Shown: positions 19,167 through 28,530 of the stretch, one piece after another
Layout of the letters: the number at the start of each line of letters is the position of its first letter
Numbering within the stretch: the first letter of the stretch is position 1
IMG/VR virus record: IMGVR_UViG_3300046710_000040
Coordinates: 1-43,086 of that record
DNA from: a virus
Lineage: Duplodnaviria > Caudoviricetes
Reading direction: 5' to 3' (one strand)
Length of the DNA: 43,086 bases
Translations under genes and position numbers: made by a program
Notes under the pieces: generated by a model
Databases searched by the model: none
Seen by the model: only the letters and a program-made list of their open reading frames with translations
Told to the model about the DNA's origin: nothing

Positions 19167-19652
19167 TTAAATGTTTTGAATGTCTGATTTTAAACCAAAA
19201 GTTTTTCCACCGCTGTCCCGTTCGTACAGTTCAGCGTTCAAAGGAAGTCCATTGTTGCTTGGAGTCCTTAATGCGCGTTCTGCTTCCGCCAACTCTTGGC
19301 GGCGTTCGTCCTGAATTTCCTTGTGCCACTCCGGTCTGATTTGTAGACCGTAATAGATGAATCCTCCCCCTGCGGGGATTGTGAACTTCGTGCCACTCTG
19401 CGTAGCGTCTTCACTTGTGGTCAGATTAGCGATAGATGAGTCAGCAATGATATGCTCCCATCCTTCGCTAATCATCTGTTCAATGTTGCCGGGTTTGTTG
19501 ATTGCCAGATAAGGCACATAACCGGGCTTGATGAACTCTTGCGGGATTGATAGTTTACCAGCGCGATTACTGCGCGGACGCTGAGGTACGCCGGTAGCTT
19601 TTTGTTCCCGTGCTTCTCTTGTTCTGTTATCCACTCTTGGATTCTGGCTCAT
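19167..19652 (-). CDS. Conserved head-module protein
   Basis: Operon position between scaffold and capsid genes. Confidence 0.5.
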   Translation of the reverse strand: MSQNPRVDNRTREAREQKATGVPQRPRSNRAGKLSIPQEFIKPGYVPYLAINKPGNIEQMISEGWEHIIADSSIANLTTSEDATQSGTKFTIPAGGGFIYYGLQIRPEWHKEIQDERRQELAEAERALRTPSNNGLPLNAELYERDSGGKTFGLKSDIQNI

Positions 19653-19655
19653 TTG

Positions 19656-20483
19656 TTATCTCCCGAACCGGCCACTCTGGGCCAGTGACTCTATGTATTG
19701 TTTTTTAGTGGTAATCGGTTTGCCGTTATGGGTCTGGGCGCAAAGCGCGTTCATGGTGTTGCGTTCAAAGTCTGAAAGTTCCTTTTCCTGCTTCTCCCAT
19801 AAGGCGGCGGCTCCGGTGTTGTTATTCTTAACTCCTTCCGGCCCAGCGGGTGACTGCTTGCGCTCTGCCGGTTCTGTCGCCTTGAACTTGTCGGGATAGT
19901 CTTTCTTGATCTTGGTTTCGACGTATTCAAGCACTTCGGCGGTTGTTGCATCTGGATTACGCTTAACGAACTTCTCTCTGTATTCCAGTGCGTCCGTTCT
20001 CATCGTCTTGTTTGTGTCAAACCATGTATTGCGTTCACAGAATGCGTCGATCTCTGCTTGATCTGTTGCCGGTACGGTTGCAACCTGCGCGGCTTTCTGC
20101 TTTGCTTCTCTAACTTCGTGGGCTGCGGCCTCTATTGCATCTGGATCATATGCCGCTTTTGCTTCTGCAAGCTTTGCCTCTGCCGCCCTCACACCCTCTG
20201 CAAACTTGTCAGCGGCTATCTGCTGAATTGTTGCAGCGATGCCGTCCTGCGAGCGTTTGAGGTTTTTGATCTCCTTGCGGTAGTCCTCGTTGAACTTGGC
20301 AGTGCGCTTGATGTACTCAGCCGCGTCAACGTGCTTCGTTGGGTCTTTCATCTCCTCTTTGCTGCGGTAGCCGATTGCCTTGGCTATTTCTTCAACTGAT
20401 GGCGGTGCCGCTTCGTGATGTTCTACGCCTTCGCCAGCTCCTTCGTTTTCGCCGCTCTCTGCGGTGCCTTCGTTCTCTGCCAT
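19656..20483 (-). CDS. Putative scaffolding protein
   Basis: Acidic N-terminus, coiled coil, FCERNTWF motif. Start MAENEG (AAGGAG RBS). Confidence 0.65.
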   Translation of the reverse strand: MAENEGTAESGENEGAGEGVEHHEAAPPSVEEIAKAIGYRSKEEMKDPTKHVDAAEYIKRTAKFNEDYRKEIKNLKRSQDGIAATIQQIAADKFAEGVRAAEAKLAEAKAAYDPDAIEAAAHEVREAKQKAAQVATVPATDQAEIDAFCERNTWFDTNKTMRTDALEYREKFVKRNPDATTAEVLEYVETKIKKDYPDKFKATEPAERKQSPAGPEGVKNNNTGAAALWEKQEKELSDFERNTMNALCAQTHNGKPITTKKQYIESLAQSGRFGR

Positions 20484-20631
20484 TGGTCGCTCCTTTGAGC
20501 TTGGGATAATAAAAAAGGGCCGCACTCGTTAGAGATACGGCCCTCGTTTTAGGATGAGGCTGTTATTTGTTGCGTGACAATTTTTGTCACTATGCGCTAG
20601 ACTTTCACAAAACGCATATAATTGTCAAGAT

Positions 20632-20895
20632 TTATTCAACGCCCATCAATTTAAGCTTCAATTTTTCCATCATCCATAAAACAGTTCCGTCGTCAGCGAT
20701 AGACGATGCAAAATAATATTCTCCGTCCGGTTGCCGCCCCATTATCACTACGCCGTCAAGGTTTCCCATTGCGCCTTCCAGAACTCTGTCAGCAGGTATG
20801 TCCAGCTTGGTGACGTTGTTTAGCGGGATAACCACAGCTTTCCTGATCGGCGCAACCGGACTGCCTCCGGTGATATCGGTGATTTTCATCTTCAT
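20632..20895 (-). CDS. Conserved hypothetical phage protein
   Basis: TKLDIPADRVLEGA...VVIMG...YFASS...VLWMMEKLK. Confidence 0.55.
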   Translation of the reverse strand: MKMKITDITGGSPVAPIRKAVVIPLNNVTKLDIPADRVLEGAMGNLDGVVIMGRQPDGEYYFASSIADDGTVLWMMEKLKLKLMGVE

Positions 20896-21068
20896 ATCGG
20901 CCTTGTAACCGTATCAACCAGTTTCATTGGCCTGCCATTTGCATAGTGGATTTGTTTTGACCCATGAAAGCCAGGCTGTGCCACAATCAACAACTTAGCG
21001 GCGAACGACTGCAGTTCCTGATCTGTCCATGACTTCATCAGCTGGCGGATCTGGTCGGCGGCGGTCAT
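20892..21068 (-). CDS. Small hypothetical protein (58 aa)
   Basis: MTAADQIRQLMKSW...VTRPI*. Fills the gap exactly, with an ATGA overlap. Confidence 0.55.
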   Translation of the reverse strand: MTAADQIRQLMKSWTDQELQSFAAKLLIVAQPGFHGSKQIHYANGRPMKLVDTVTRPI

Positions 21069-21069
21069 A

Positions 21070-21402
21070 TCAAAGCCCCGGTGATACTTTGTCGGCTGAC
21101 TGTGGGATGATGGCCTTCACTTCCAGGTCGTCAATCACGCGGTAATCCTTGCCGGTAGCGTTATCCTTCACAAAGTCGCCGGCAAACTGAGCAAATAGGA
21201 TAAAATCACCAATAAGCGGCTGCCCTTCGGGATGGTTACTAAAAGCATACGGCCCCTTGGCTACGATACGGCCACGGCATCGGCTCTGTTCTTCGCGGTC
21301 AATAAGTCCCATTGGCTTAGTGATAACGCTTGAACCTTCGGCAAACTTGTCTATCGGGTCGAGCTCTACTATGAGGCGGTACAAAAGCGGTGTCATTTCC
21401 AT
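21070..21402 (-). CDS. GroES/Cpn10-like co-chaperonin
   Basis: PLLYRLIV...GRIVAKGPYAF...IGDFILFAQFAG...YRVIDDLEVKAII matches the Cpn10 pattern. Confidence 0.75.
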   Translation of the reverse strand: MEMTPLLYRLIVELDPIDKFAEGSSVITKPMGLIDREEQSRCRGRIVAKGPYAFSNHPEGQPLIGDFILFAQFAGDFVKDNATGKDYRVIDDLEVKAIIPQSADKVSPGL

Positions 21403-21529
21403 TTTCCCCTCCTTGAGTTTGGTTTCTGGTTACATCATTGGAAAATTGCGCCCAGAACAGCCGGAAACTGTCTTTTCCCCCGCTAAGGGTAGGGCGTAAA
21501 GTTGTGGTAATTTACTATATTTTAGCTAT

Positions 21530-21802
21530 TTAGTCAATGCATTGGTCTTCGTTCTGCATCAGCAAGAGCGGCAGCTGTAGTATCTGGTCGAGCCCCGCTA
21601 TTGTTCCCGATACTAACGCCCATTGCATCGCCGCTGTCTCCGGTGACAATCCCATCGGCCCCCGTGCTAGTTGCTGCTCCAACGACTCCTGCTGCATCTT
21701 GTGGTGCGCCATTATCAGCTTGGTTGTCTTCTGGTTGAGCCACTGTTTTAGCATCACTTGACTTACCTGTGGAATCTCCGTCATTCCCTGTTCCTGTTCC
21801 AT
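21530..21802 (-). CDS. Hypothetical protein overlapping the portal C-terminus
   Basis: AAGGAGG RBS; lies in an alternative frame within the portal gene 3' end. Confidence 0.5.
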   Translation of the reverse strand: MEQEQGMTEIPQVSQVMLKQWLNQKTTKLIMAHHKMQQESLEQQLARGPMGLSPETAAMQWALVSGTIAGLDQILQLPLLLMQNEDQCID

Positions 21803-23828
21803 TCTCGCCTCCTTGGGCTTCCATCTTTTGTGATATAACCGCTAATTCATGTTCGCGGTCTGCGTTGAGTTGGTCAAGTTCTGATTGATATACGCCCATC
21901 TGTGTTCCGACTTCAGCGGCTTCTGCCTGTGCAAGTGCAAGTATGGACGTTGCCTTGATGTGCGCTATTTCAGCCTGTAGCTTTTCTATTGTGTAAAGCG
22001 CGACTGTTTCCTTCTGTTCCATCTCCATGTGCTTTAAAGCTAGTTCTCTGTCCTTCTGCTCACCCTGATGCGCCATTTGGGTTATCTTGGCCTGTACTTC
22101 GATCATCTTTGGGTCAGGAGGCGGCGGCACTGGTTGACCTGTCTGCGGGTCAATCTGTGGCGGTGGGAATATGTCGTCAATGTCCTTCTGACTGCAACCA
22201 ATGCCCTTAAGGTAAATACGGCCAACAGCGGGAGGCATACCAGCGGCTTGTGCCATAGCATTCAACCGTGCCAGCCTGAGAGCTTCGCTGGATGCTTTCG
22301 GATCCATTACAGGCTCAATGTCGCAGTTTTCAATGTCAAAGTCTTTGCTGACAAGGATCTGGCTGCTTTCCGTTATCTGTGATTGGTCTATACCCATCGC
22401 CTGCAAATCTTCGGCGGTGATGTCAACAATCTTGATATATTCTTTGTCGGTCAGATACTGAGCATTGAGCTTGTACAACTTGATAAACTCCTGCTCAAAT
22501 GAACGATACTGCCGCCAGAGGATTGAAGTATAAATCTTCAATGCCTGATCGAGTAGAGCAAGCGTGGTTGTCGCTGGTACGTTTGCCCCGCCTGTCTCGC
22601 CCTGCATACCTTCGGAGATGGAAGCAAGTTTGTGGCCTTTTTCGTCCAGCAGTCCAAGAAGTTTGAACAGAGTATCAGACGGCCCTGCAAAGTCGGGGAA
22701 GTAGATGTTTGCTCTCAGGTCTTGGCCGTTGGATTCAACAGGGGTAAGCCTGCCTACCTTAGCGACAATACCGCCTGCGGGGAGTTTTGCCCCCTTGCCG
22801 ATGAAACCGGGGCGTAAGTTAGCGATTGTGCCAGAGTCAATAAGTTGGTTTTGTAGCGTGTTGATTTCTTGGTTGATTGCTCCGAGTAACTGAGCAAAGC
22901 CCATTTTGTGAAACGACCCATCAGGCTGGAGCAGGAATGAAAACTCGGTGTAGTATTCAACCGGAGTGATTCGTAGCACCTTGCTGCCCTCAGTTACAAG
23001 CCCGTCCTCGTCGTAGCAGACACATATACGGGCAACTGCGCCCGATTCCTTGTGTACCGTGATAAGGTAAGGCTCTTTGTAACCGTCTGCGTCCAGGTCA
23101 TACCAGCAGTACTGCTCCACGAAGTCCTGTAACGGGCAATCTTCTTCGGGTGAGAGTTTCGCTTCAATATCTGCCCACTGATTCGCCCTGATCTTTTCGA
23201 TGATGTAGTTTTTGTTGCGCTTGAATTCTCTGCCGATGCGGTCAGCGAGTGAGAGTGTTTTTGTGTCGTTGTGTACTACGGTTTCGAGCGGGGAAAGCGA
23301 GCATGACACATTGCGGTTATTCTCTGCGTCACGGTAGGTAAACTTGTAATACATGCCGATAATGGGCATTGAGGTCAAAAGCTGGTCTGTGTCTGGTATC
23401 CATTCGGGTTGCTGCTTGGTGAGCTGATATGACATGCACTGACTGACGCGCTTGCCTCTTGACTCTTTTGTGCCTGTGGGGTCATCACCCACAACCTCTG
23501 TTTTCACAATATCCTTGCCTCTGACAACTTCAGCCATTGCCCTGGCAGAAAAGTTCATTGCAGCTTCTGCAATAAGTGGGTCTTTGGTTTTAGCAGATAA
23601 AGCGCCAATAGGCCCGTTGCCTTTTTCAAGCGTCTGCTTGGCAATGTCCATGCCGATCATTACTTGTTCTTTCCACTCGCTGCGGCTTTCGTCGTCTATC
23701 TCATGCCATTTGAGTACATCGGAGCCAATGGCGTTGAGCGTGGCCTCGTCGAAATCCTCGCATATGTTGGCGCGTTGGATATTATTGGTAAGCCATGAAA
23801 TGTCGCGCTCTTTGAGTTGTGGTATCAT
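21534..23828 (-). CDS. Portal protein, P22-like
   Basis: 764 aa after terL; YDLDADGYKEPY, INTLQNQLIDSGTIANL, long C-terminal coiled coil. Confidence 0.85.
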   Translation of the reverse strand: MIPQLKERDISWLTNNIQRANICEDFDEATLNAIGSDVLKWHEIDDESRSEWKEQVMIGMDIAKQTLEKGNGPIGALSAKTKDPLIAEAAMNFSARAMAEVVRGKDIVKTEVVGDDPTGTKESRGKRVSQCMSYQLTKQQPEWIPDTDQLLTSMPIIGMYYKFTYRDAENNRNVSCSLSPLETVVHNDTKTLSLADRIGREFKRNKNYIIEKIRANQWADIEAKLSPEEDCPLQDFVEQYCWYDLDADGYKEPYLITVHKESGAVARICVCYDEDGLVTEGSKVLRITPVEYYTEFSFLLQPDGSFHKMGFAQLLGAINQEINTLQNQLIDSGTIANLRPGFIGKGAKLPAGGIVAKVGRLTPVESNGQDLRANIYFPDFAGPSDTLFKLLGLLDEKGHKLASISEGMQGETGGANVPATTTLALLDQALKIYTSILWRQYRSFEQEFIKLYKLNAQYLTDKEYIKIVDITAEDLQAMGIDQSQITESSQILVSKDFDIENCDIEPVMDPKASSEALRLARLNAMAQAAGMPPAVGRIYLKGIGCSQKDIDDIFPPPQIDPQTGQPVPPPPDPKMIEVQAKITQMAHQGEQKDRELALKHMEMEQKETVALYTIEKLQAEIAHIKATSILALAQAEAAEVGTQMGVYQSELDQLNADREHELAVISQKMEAQGGENGTGTGNDGDSTGKSSDAKTVAQPEDNQADNGAPQDAAGVVGAATSTGADGIVTGDSGDAMGVSIGNNSGARPDTTAAALADAERRPMH

Positions 23829-23831
23829 TCG

Positions 23832-25184
23832 TTATCTCCCATATCCGCCATAACCTGTCTCTTGCATCGGTTCTTCGTATTTTTCTTCAATGCCCGGTTC
23901 GCTATACCCTACCGCAAAAGTTCTAAAAGCGTCTGAACCGTGCGAACACCAATTATGGAGTGGACGGTTGCCTAATTTCTTTTTTTCTTCATCGTATTCA
24001 GCACAGTAGCCTTCTAACGCAGAGATACCTTTAGCACATTTCAATTCGTCAAACAAGCATCTCGCTAAAATATTTCTAACTGCGGGTATATGAACTTGCA
24101 CAACCGTATCTACGTTTTTGACGCGGGAAACTACAGTAATTGGCCTGATACCTAGATTTTCCGCTACTTCTTTGCGGCTCAACGCTATCTCTGAATTGGT
24201 CATTTCCCGCTGATTAGCATCGTGCGGCATTATATGCTCTGCGTACACATACGGTTTTTCTTTGATAACTTTAGCATAATGTTCAAGTCCAAATCCGGTA
24301 TTTTCGTAATAGTCCAGCACTCGGAATTCTCGGCCAACTGGCTGAATAAACCAAATCGTCATTGAATCATCTACACCTAAATCCCAAAACGTATAAACCT
24401 CCGACATATTGTCATAAGGCACGCGGCAAATGCGCCCTTCTTGTCGGGCTTGCGCCATCTGTTTTGCATAGTAAGCACCTGGCACACACCCTTCAAACGA
24501 ACATTCGTATTCTTGGCTGTAAAGAGCAAGCCCCTCATTATCGCCATAAATAGAAATCAAACCGGCCTTGATGTTGTCGAGCTGCGACTGTGTAAATACT
24601 CCAGTTTGGTCGGCTCTAAGCAGAGAGGCAAACCAATCGGGATGAGCTTTCGCATGGTCGTACATCGTTTTTCCGTGGTTGTTTCCACGCGGCGTATAGG
24701 GGAATATCGCCCATCCGCCATTTTCTTCAAGTATCGGCTCAATGAATCCCCACGCCCTAGCATCAGCGAGCGACCATTCGGAAAATACAACCCCACGCGG
24801 CGGCGAACCAACAAGGCCGTCAAAATTATCCGAGCCGACAACATGCCATATGCCGCCACCAACTACTTCTATTTTCATTTCTTGTTGGTTGGTTTTAGTG
24901 CGTATTTCAGGTGGGAATGCTTCGTCTATTCGTTTCTTTCCTGTGTGCGGGTTTACTGCATCCCATAGGGCGCGACGGCCATGTGAGTATTCTGGAAGCA
25001 TGTGCCAATAGTTACCGGGATGTTGAACCATATCAACCGCAGTCCAGTGCAAGGCAACTTCGTCTTTACCAGCGCGGCGATGCCATACCTCAACAAGCCG
25101 CTTGCCTCCATTTTCAAGATACGACCATGACGGCATTTGATAACCGCGGGGTATCCAGTTGTTAGGAAGCGTTATTTCAGCCAT
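23832..25184 (-). CDS. terL: Terminase large subunit
   Basis: VWHRRAGKD Walker A, VVFSEW Walker B, TPRGNNH, WDLGVDD nuclease motif, SHGSDAFR. Confidence 0.95.
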   Translation of the reverse strand: MAEITLPNNWIPRGYQMPSWSYLENGGKRLVEVWHRRAGKDEVALHWTAVDMVQHPGNYWHMLPEYSHGRRALWDAVNPHTGKKRIDEAFPPEIRTKTNQQEMKIEVVGGGIWHVVGSDNFDGLVGSPPRGVVFSEWSLADARAWGFIEPILEENGGWAIFPYTPRGNNHGKTMYDHAKAHPDWFASLLRADQTGVFTQSQLDNIKAGLISIYGDNEGLALYSQEYECSFEGCVPGAYYAKQMAQARQEGRICRVPYDNMSEVYTFWDLGVDDSMTIWFIQPVGREFRVLDYYENTGFGLEHYAKVIKEKPYVYAEHIMPHDANQREMTNSEIALSRKEVAENLGIRPITVVSRVKNVDTVVQVHIPAVRNILARCLFDELKCAKGISALEGYCAEYDEEKKKLGNRPLHNWCSHGSDAFRTFAVGYSEPGIEEKYEEPMQETGYGGYGR

Positions 25185-25224
25185 ATTAAACCTGCTTGGA
25201 TATAATCTCGTTTATTTTGGCACT

Positions 25225-25770
25225 TTATTTAGTGTTACTGAAATTAACAACACGAATCGTCAGAGGTGAATCAGAATCTCCGGATAATTCCATCTTGTCA
25301 CCGTACTTCTTTGGGGCAAGTTTTGAGGCTAGCCATTTACGAGCGTCGATTTGCAATCTAGATCGTTCCACCATATCACCTGTGACTGTTTCCACTTTGC
25401 CTTCTCCACGGTCGGTAGTCTTTACGCCTATCCTACATTCATCGGCTATAGAACGAATTTGAGCTGCCATGAAGTCGGCTTGTAGTTCTTTCGCGCGCGA
25501 GTATTTCTGACATAATGTCTCATCATCAGCAATCCATCTGGCTATTGTACGAGAGCATGGCAAATTTGGATGCACTGAACATATATCCCACAATGATTTA
25601 TCAGTGTTTGCTATTTCTTCGCATATTTCGTCCATTATGCTCAAGCGTTCTTGTTCTATGGTTTCTTTGGGGGATTGTTTAAGGGTGAGTTTTGCAGGCG
25701 CATCCTTTGCAGGTTTTGCCCTTTTGCGTGTGGTGGGTTTTGCGGATGGTTTTGTCGGCACTTTTGCCAT
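25225..25770 (-). CDS. terS: Terminase small subunit (Sf6 gp1-like)
   Basis: RSRLQIDARKWLASKLAPKKYGDK; directly upstream of terL. Confidence 0.85.
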   Translation of the reverse strand: MAKVPTKPSAKPTTRKRAKPAKDAPAKLTLKQSPKETIEQERLSIMDEICEEIANTDKSLWDICSVHPNLPCSRTIARWIADDETLCQKYSRAKELQADFMAAQIRSIADECRIGVKTTDRGEGKVETVTGDMVERSRLQIDARKWLASKLAPKKYGDKMELSGDSDSPLTIRVVNFSNTK

Positions 25771-25813
25771 AATACTTCCCTCGTCGGTGGAGAGTCACTT
25801 GTCTGTTTGCGCT

Positions 25814-25841
25814 ATTATCGCCTATCTCTGTAATTTGTCAA
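25814..25841 (-). promoter_or_regulatory. Sigma70-like promoter upstream of terS
   Basis: Minus strand TTGACA-16 nt-GATAAT. Confidence 0.55.
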
Positions 25842-25846
25842 CTAAA

Positions 25847-25894
25847 TTATAACTGCCGGTACAGCCGACAAGCGGCTGACCTCCTGTGTTAAAC
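25847..25894 (+). other. attC-like site A1 (48 bp, leftmost site of array A)
   Basis: TTATAAC-TGCCG-GTACAGCCG-ACAAG-CGGCTGAC-CTCCTGT-GTTAAAC; one extra base in the left arm. Confidence 0.75.
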
Positions 25895-26006
25895 TACTCT
25901 GCCAAGGCATCGGCAATTGAAATGAGACAACCATCACAGAGTTTTTCAGTGTCGTGTTTTGTCTGACAGCCGGAAACTTCGGCCCTCTTCACTTGGGTGT
26001 GGAAAG

Positions 26007-27335
26007 TCATTTAATCTTACCTGAGTTAACGAACTCAATCAGTGTGGAAATGTCTACACCGTAACTCACAGTTTCAGTGTCATCGGTAGCACCAGTTGTC
26101 CGGGCAAAAGTACAATTATCAAATGCCCTTGCCTTGAAAGGTTTCTTCTTATGATACAGCTGATGAGTGCCTTTGGTGAACAGTAACTTAAAGCGTAGCA
26201 CTTCAAACGAATAGCCTTCGCCAGAGTCATAAACTCTACGGATGACGCTGTTTAAGCCCTCGGTAAAGGCGTTGGTAAACTTGTAATCCCAGTACGTGAA
26301 TATCTCATTCGACCAATTGGAAAAGGCTGTGAAGATGTCCTTGAAATACTTACGAACATATTCAGGAATGGAGTTATTCCAGGCATCGTACAGGTATATG
26401 GCCTCTTCCTTGGTTTCTGCCAGCCAGATATCGAGAAACCGTTCCTTGGCATCGTACACATGTTCCATTTCAGGCCACAACCTGAACCAGCTTTGCAACG
26501 TGGCTTCCTTGAATGGGTCAAGGTCTATGTTGCGGCTCATTAGCGTAAATCTGTCACTGAAGAGCATTGCACGTTGTCTGCCTGTGGTGTCCCTGCGTAA
26601 TTGCTTCCGGTACGCCTCAATGGAGTTCTGTACCATTCTGACGATATGGAACCGATCTATTACAATGATAGCCTTGGGAAAGACGAGACGAGCCGCATCA
26701 CGGTATGTAGGCCACATGTCCATGCAGATGACTTCAACGGCAGAAGCATCAAGCGTATGGAAGTATTTGATGACGGTTGGCTTGTCTCTATCCCGTAGAA
26801 ATCCGATGAGCTTGCCGCCCTCAATATTGGTGACAACACAGCGGTACTTATCACGTTTCTTTTTGCCAAGGCAGATCTCGTCAATACCAAGCACCCTGGG
26901 TGTGACCATCGGCATTGCCTTCTCTTCCCTGTGGGACATATCGAGGAAGATGTTACGAACAGTGTTGATGTTGCAGCCGACGCTATGGGCCACAACATCA
27001 AATTTATGGACAATGCTTTGGTTGGCAATCCAATCGACCAGCCGGGTTGTCATATCCCGCCTTTCGTCAATGCCAATCATACGTTCAAAGAATATGGCTT
27101 CGCATTCCGAGCACTTAAAACGTCGGTGCTTAACGCAAATCTTTACGCATTTGCCTGTGTTTATGTGGTCAAAGTACCAATGGTCTCTTGCATCATGCCT
27201 CTTGAACGTAGCACTGAAACTGCCACATTTGACACAGCGCATCGGTAAGTGTTGGTACTCAGCTTTTACGGCAATATGTTCATCAAGTTCAGCTGAACTG
27301 GTTACTGTAAAGTTTGGCAGGTTGATCTCGATCAT
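26007..27335 (-). CDS. ISL3-family transposase
   Basis: N-terminal zinc finger CVKC...CSEC; LGIDE, CMDMW, DRFHIV, TNAFTEGLNSVIR. Confidence 0.95.
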   Translation of the reverse strand: MIEINLPNFTVTSSAELDEHIAVKAEYQHLPMRCVKCGSFSATFKRHDARDHWYFDHINTGKCVKICVKHRRFKCSECEAIFFERMIGIDERRDMTTRLVDWIANQSIVHKFDVVAHSVGCNINTVRNIFLDMSHREEKAMPMVTPRVLGIDEICLGKKKRDKYRCVVTNIEGGKLIGFLRDRDKPTVIKYFHTLDASAVEVICMDMWPTYRDAARLVFPKAIIVIDRFHIVRMVQNSIEAYRKQLRRDTTGRQRAMLFSDRFTLMSRNIDLDPFKEATLQSWFRLWPEMEHVYDAKERFLDIWLAETKEEAIYLYDAWNNSIPEYVRKYFKDIFTAFSNWSNEIFTYWDYKFTNAFTEGLNSVIRRVYDSGEGYSFEVLRFKLLFTKGTHQLYHKKKPFKARAFDNCTFARTTGATDDTETVSYGVDISTLIEFVNSGKIK

Positions 27336-27351
27336 GGAGTCTCCGTCATCA

Positions 27352-28080
27352 TTAATAGCCGATTGCTATGGCTTCGCAGAGAATGCCACAATCACTGGCA
27401 ATAGGCAATTCATGCCGACCAGCGGTAGGATCAAGTTCGTCAAGGTAGACGCCCTTTATACACGAAGCACCGATAACTCTCTCCAGTCTGGCCCTTGCCG
27501 CAAACTCCTCCGGAAAGTCAATGCGGTTTTTGTTGAAGTAGCCCATTCCGCCACGGACACACATGATGCAGTTGTTGTTGTGATAGCCAAGTTCATACAT
27601 TACGGGGCGCTTTATGCCGCTTGCAGCCAATACCTCATGAGCCTGCACTTTGCTCATTTTCTTCTCAACCAGTGGGAACAGATGTTGCTGATTTGGACAA
27701 CTAAGGCAAATGCCCTCACAGCGAGACTTTTCGCCGTAATCCATTCCCCACACATAACGGAGCTGAACATCAATAGGCTGCTCATATTCCCATTGTTTAC
27801 GAACATCCCGCTTGAGGTATTTGGTGCAAGGAGAAAAGCCTCTACCAGTGATGTAACCCTTACCACCAGCAGACAAACAAGCAGTTTCAACGTTTTTCAA
27901 TGGGGATTGAAGTACCTCAATCTCTTTGCCAAACCATTGTTCACAGTCCTTTACAAACCTCATTGTGTCGGGATGCTGATCTTCAATATGTGTGTAGATA
28001 ATGCGGTCAATCTCGTTGATAGCCAACTTTGTTGCTACGGCACTGGAAACACCAGCTGAGAACCACGATACAGTTAGCAT
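27352..28080 (-). CDS. PAPS-reductase / adenine-nucleotide alpha-hydrolase family protein (IS passenger)
   Basis: SWFSAGVSS PP-loop-like motif, PCTKYLK, YELGYHNNNCIMCVRGG. Start moved to MLTVSW (GGAGG RBS). Confidence 0.8.
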   Translation of the reverse strand: MLTVSWFSAGVSSAVATKLAINEIDRIIYTHIEDQHPDTMRFVKDCEQWFGKEIEVLQSPLKNVETACLSAGGKGYITGRGFSPCTKYLKRDVRKQWEYEQPIDVQLRYVWGMDYGEKSRCEGICLSCPNQQHLFPLVEKKMSKVQAHEVLAASGIKRPVMYELGYHNNNCIMCVRGGMGYFNKNRIDFPEEFAARARLERVIGASCIKGVYLDELDPTAGRHELPIASDCGILCEAIAIGY

Positions 28081-28470
28081 ATAGAACCTCCATTCATAGG
28101 AGTACAATACCATGGAATGCGTATCAATTCAACACCCAAATAACAACTGTCCATTATTAACCGACTATGGCCCTTCCACACTCAAATACATAGGGCCGAA
28201 ACTTCCTTGAGTGTTGTCCGTAACTTCTCGTTTTCCTGGACTTTGGCCTTGTAGCTATTGCCACGGTCTTTCACCTGCACCTTGAGACAACTCACATCGA
28301 GACGGAGTTTTTCAATCTCTGCGACTGAGCGGCGCAAGACTTCCTTTTGCTCTATTTTGAGTTGACGGTTCAGACCCACGCAGTCAGCCTCAATGTCTCG
28401 CCAATCGTCCAACCAGCCTTTCAAATTAGTTACTATGTCGGTAATTTCGCTCATTGATTTTCCTTTCGTA

Positions 28471-28530
28471 GTTTAACCAGCGTTCCGACCCGACCAAGAA
28501 GCCGGACGGGTCAAACGCCAGCCGTTAAGC
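28471..28530 (+). other. attC-like site A2
   Basis: GTTTAAC-CAGC-GTTCCGACCCG...CGGGTCAAAC-GCCAGCC-GTTAAGC. Confidence 0.85.

Larger units (their letters stand above)
25981..28197 (-). mobile_element. ISL3-family element with passenger gene (2217 bp)
   Basis: Terminal IRs GGCCCTCTTCACTTGGGTGTGGAAAG / GGCCCTATGTATTTGAGTGTGGAAGG (20/26). 8-bp target duplication GAAACTTC at 25973-25980 and 28198-28205. Confidence 0.9.
25894..28454 (-). pseudogene. Cassette gene (111 aa when restored) interrupted by ISL3
   Basis: Joining 28454-28198 to 25972-25894 gives an open frame MSEITD...LKEVSGCQTKH...DALAE* that ends at the R' box of A1. Confidence 0.85.

Noticed and set aside
917-25852. Numerous plus-strand ORFs across the structural region
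   Set aside because: They are antisense shadows of a tightly packed minus-strand operon and show no recognisable motifs.
26296-28059. 587-aa plus-strand ORF
   Set aside because: It is antisense to the ISL3 transposase and its passenger, both of which have clear family motifs, and it has no recognisable motif itself. Treated as a shadow ORF, though its length is notable.
28182-28454. 90-aa ORF as an intact gene
   Set aside because: Its last four residues come from the IS end; it is the 5' part of the interrupted cassette gene.
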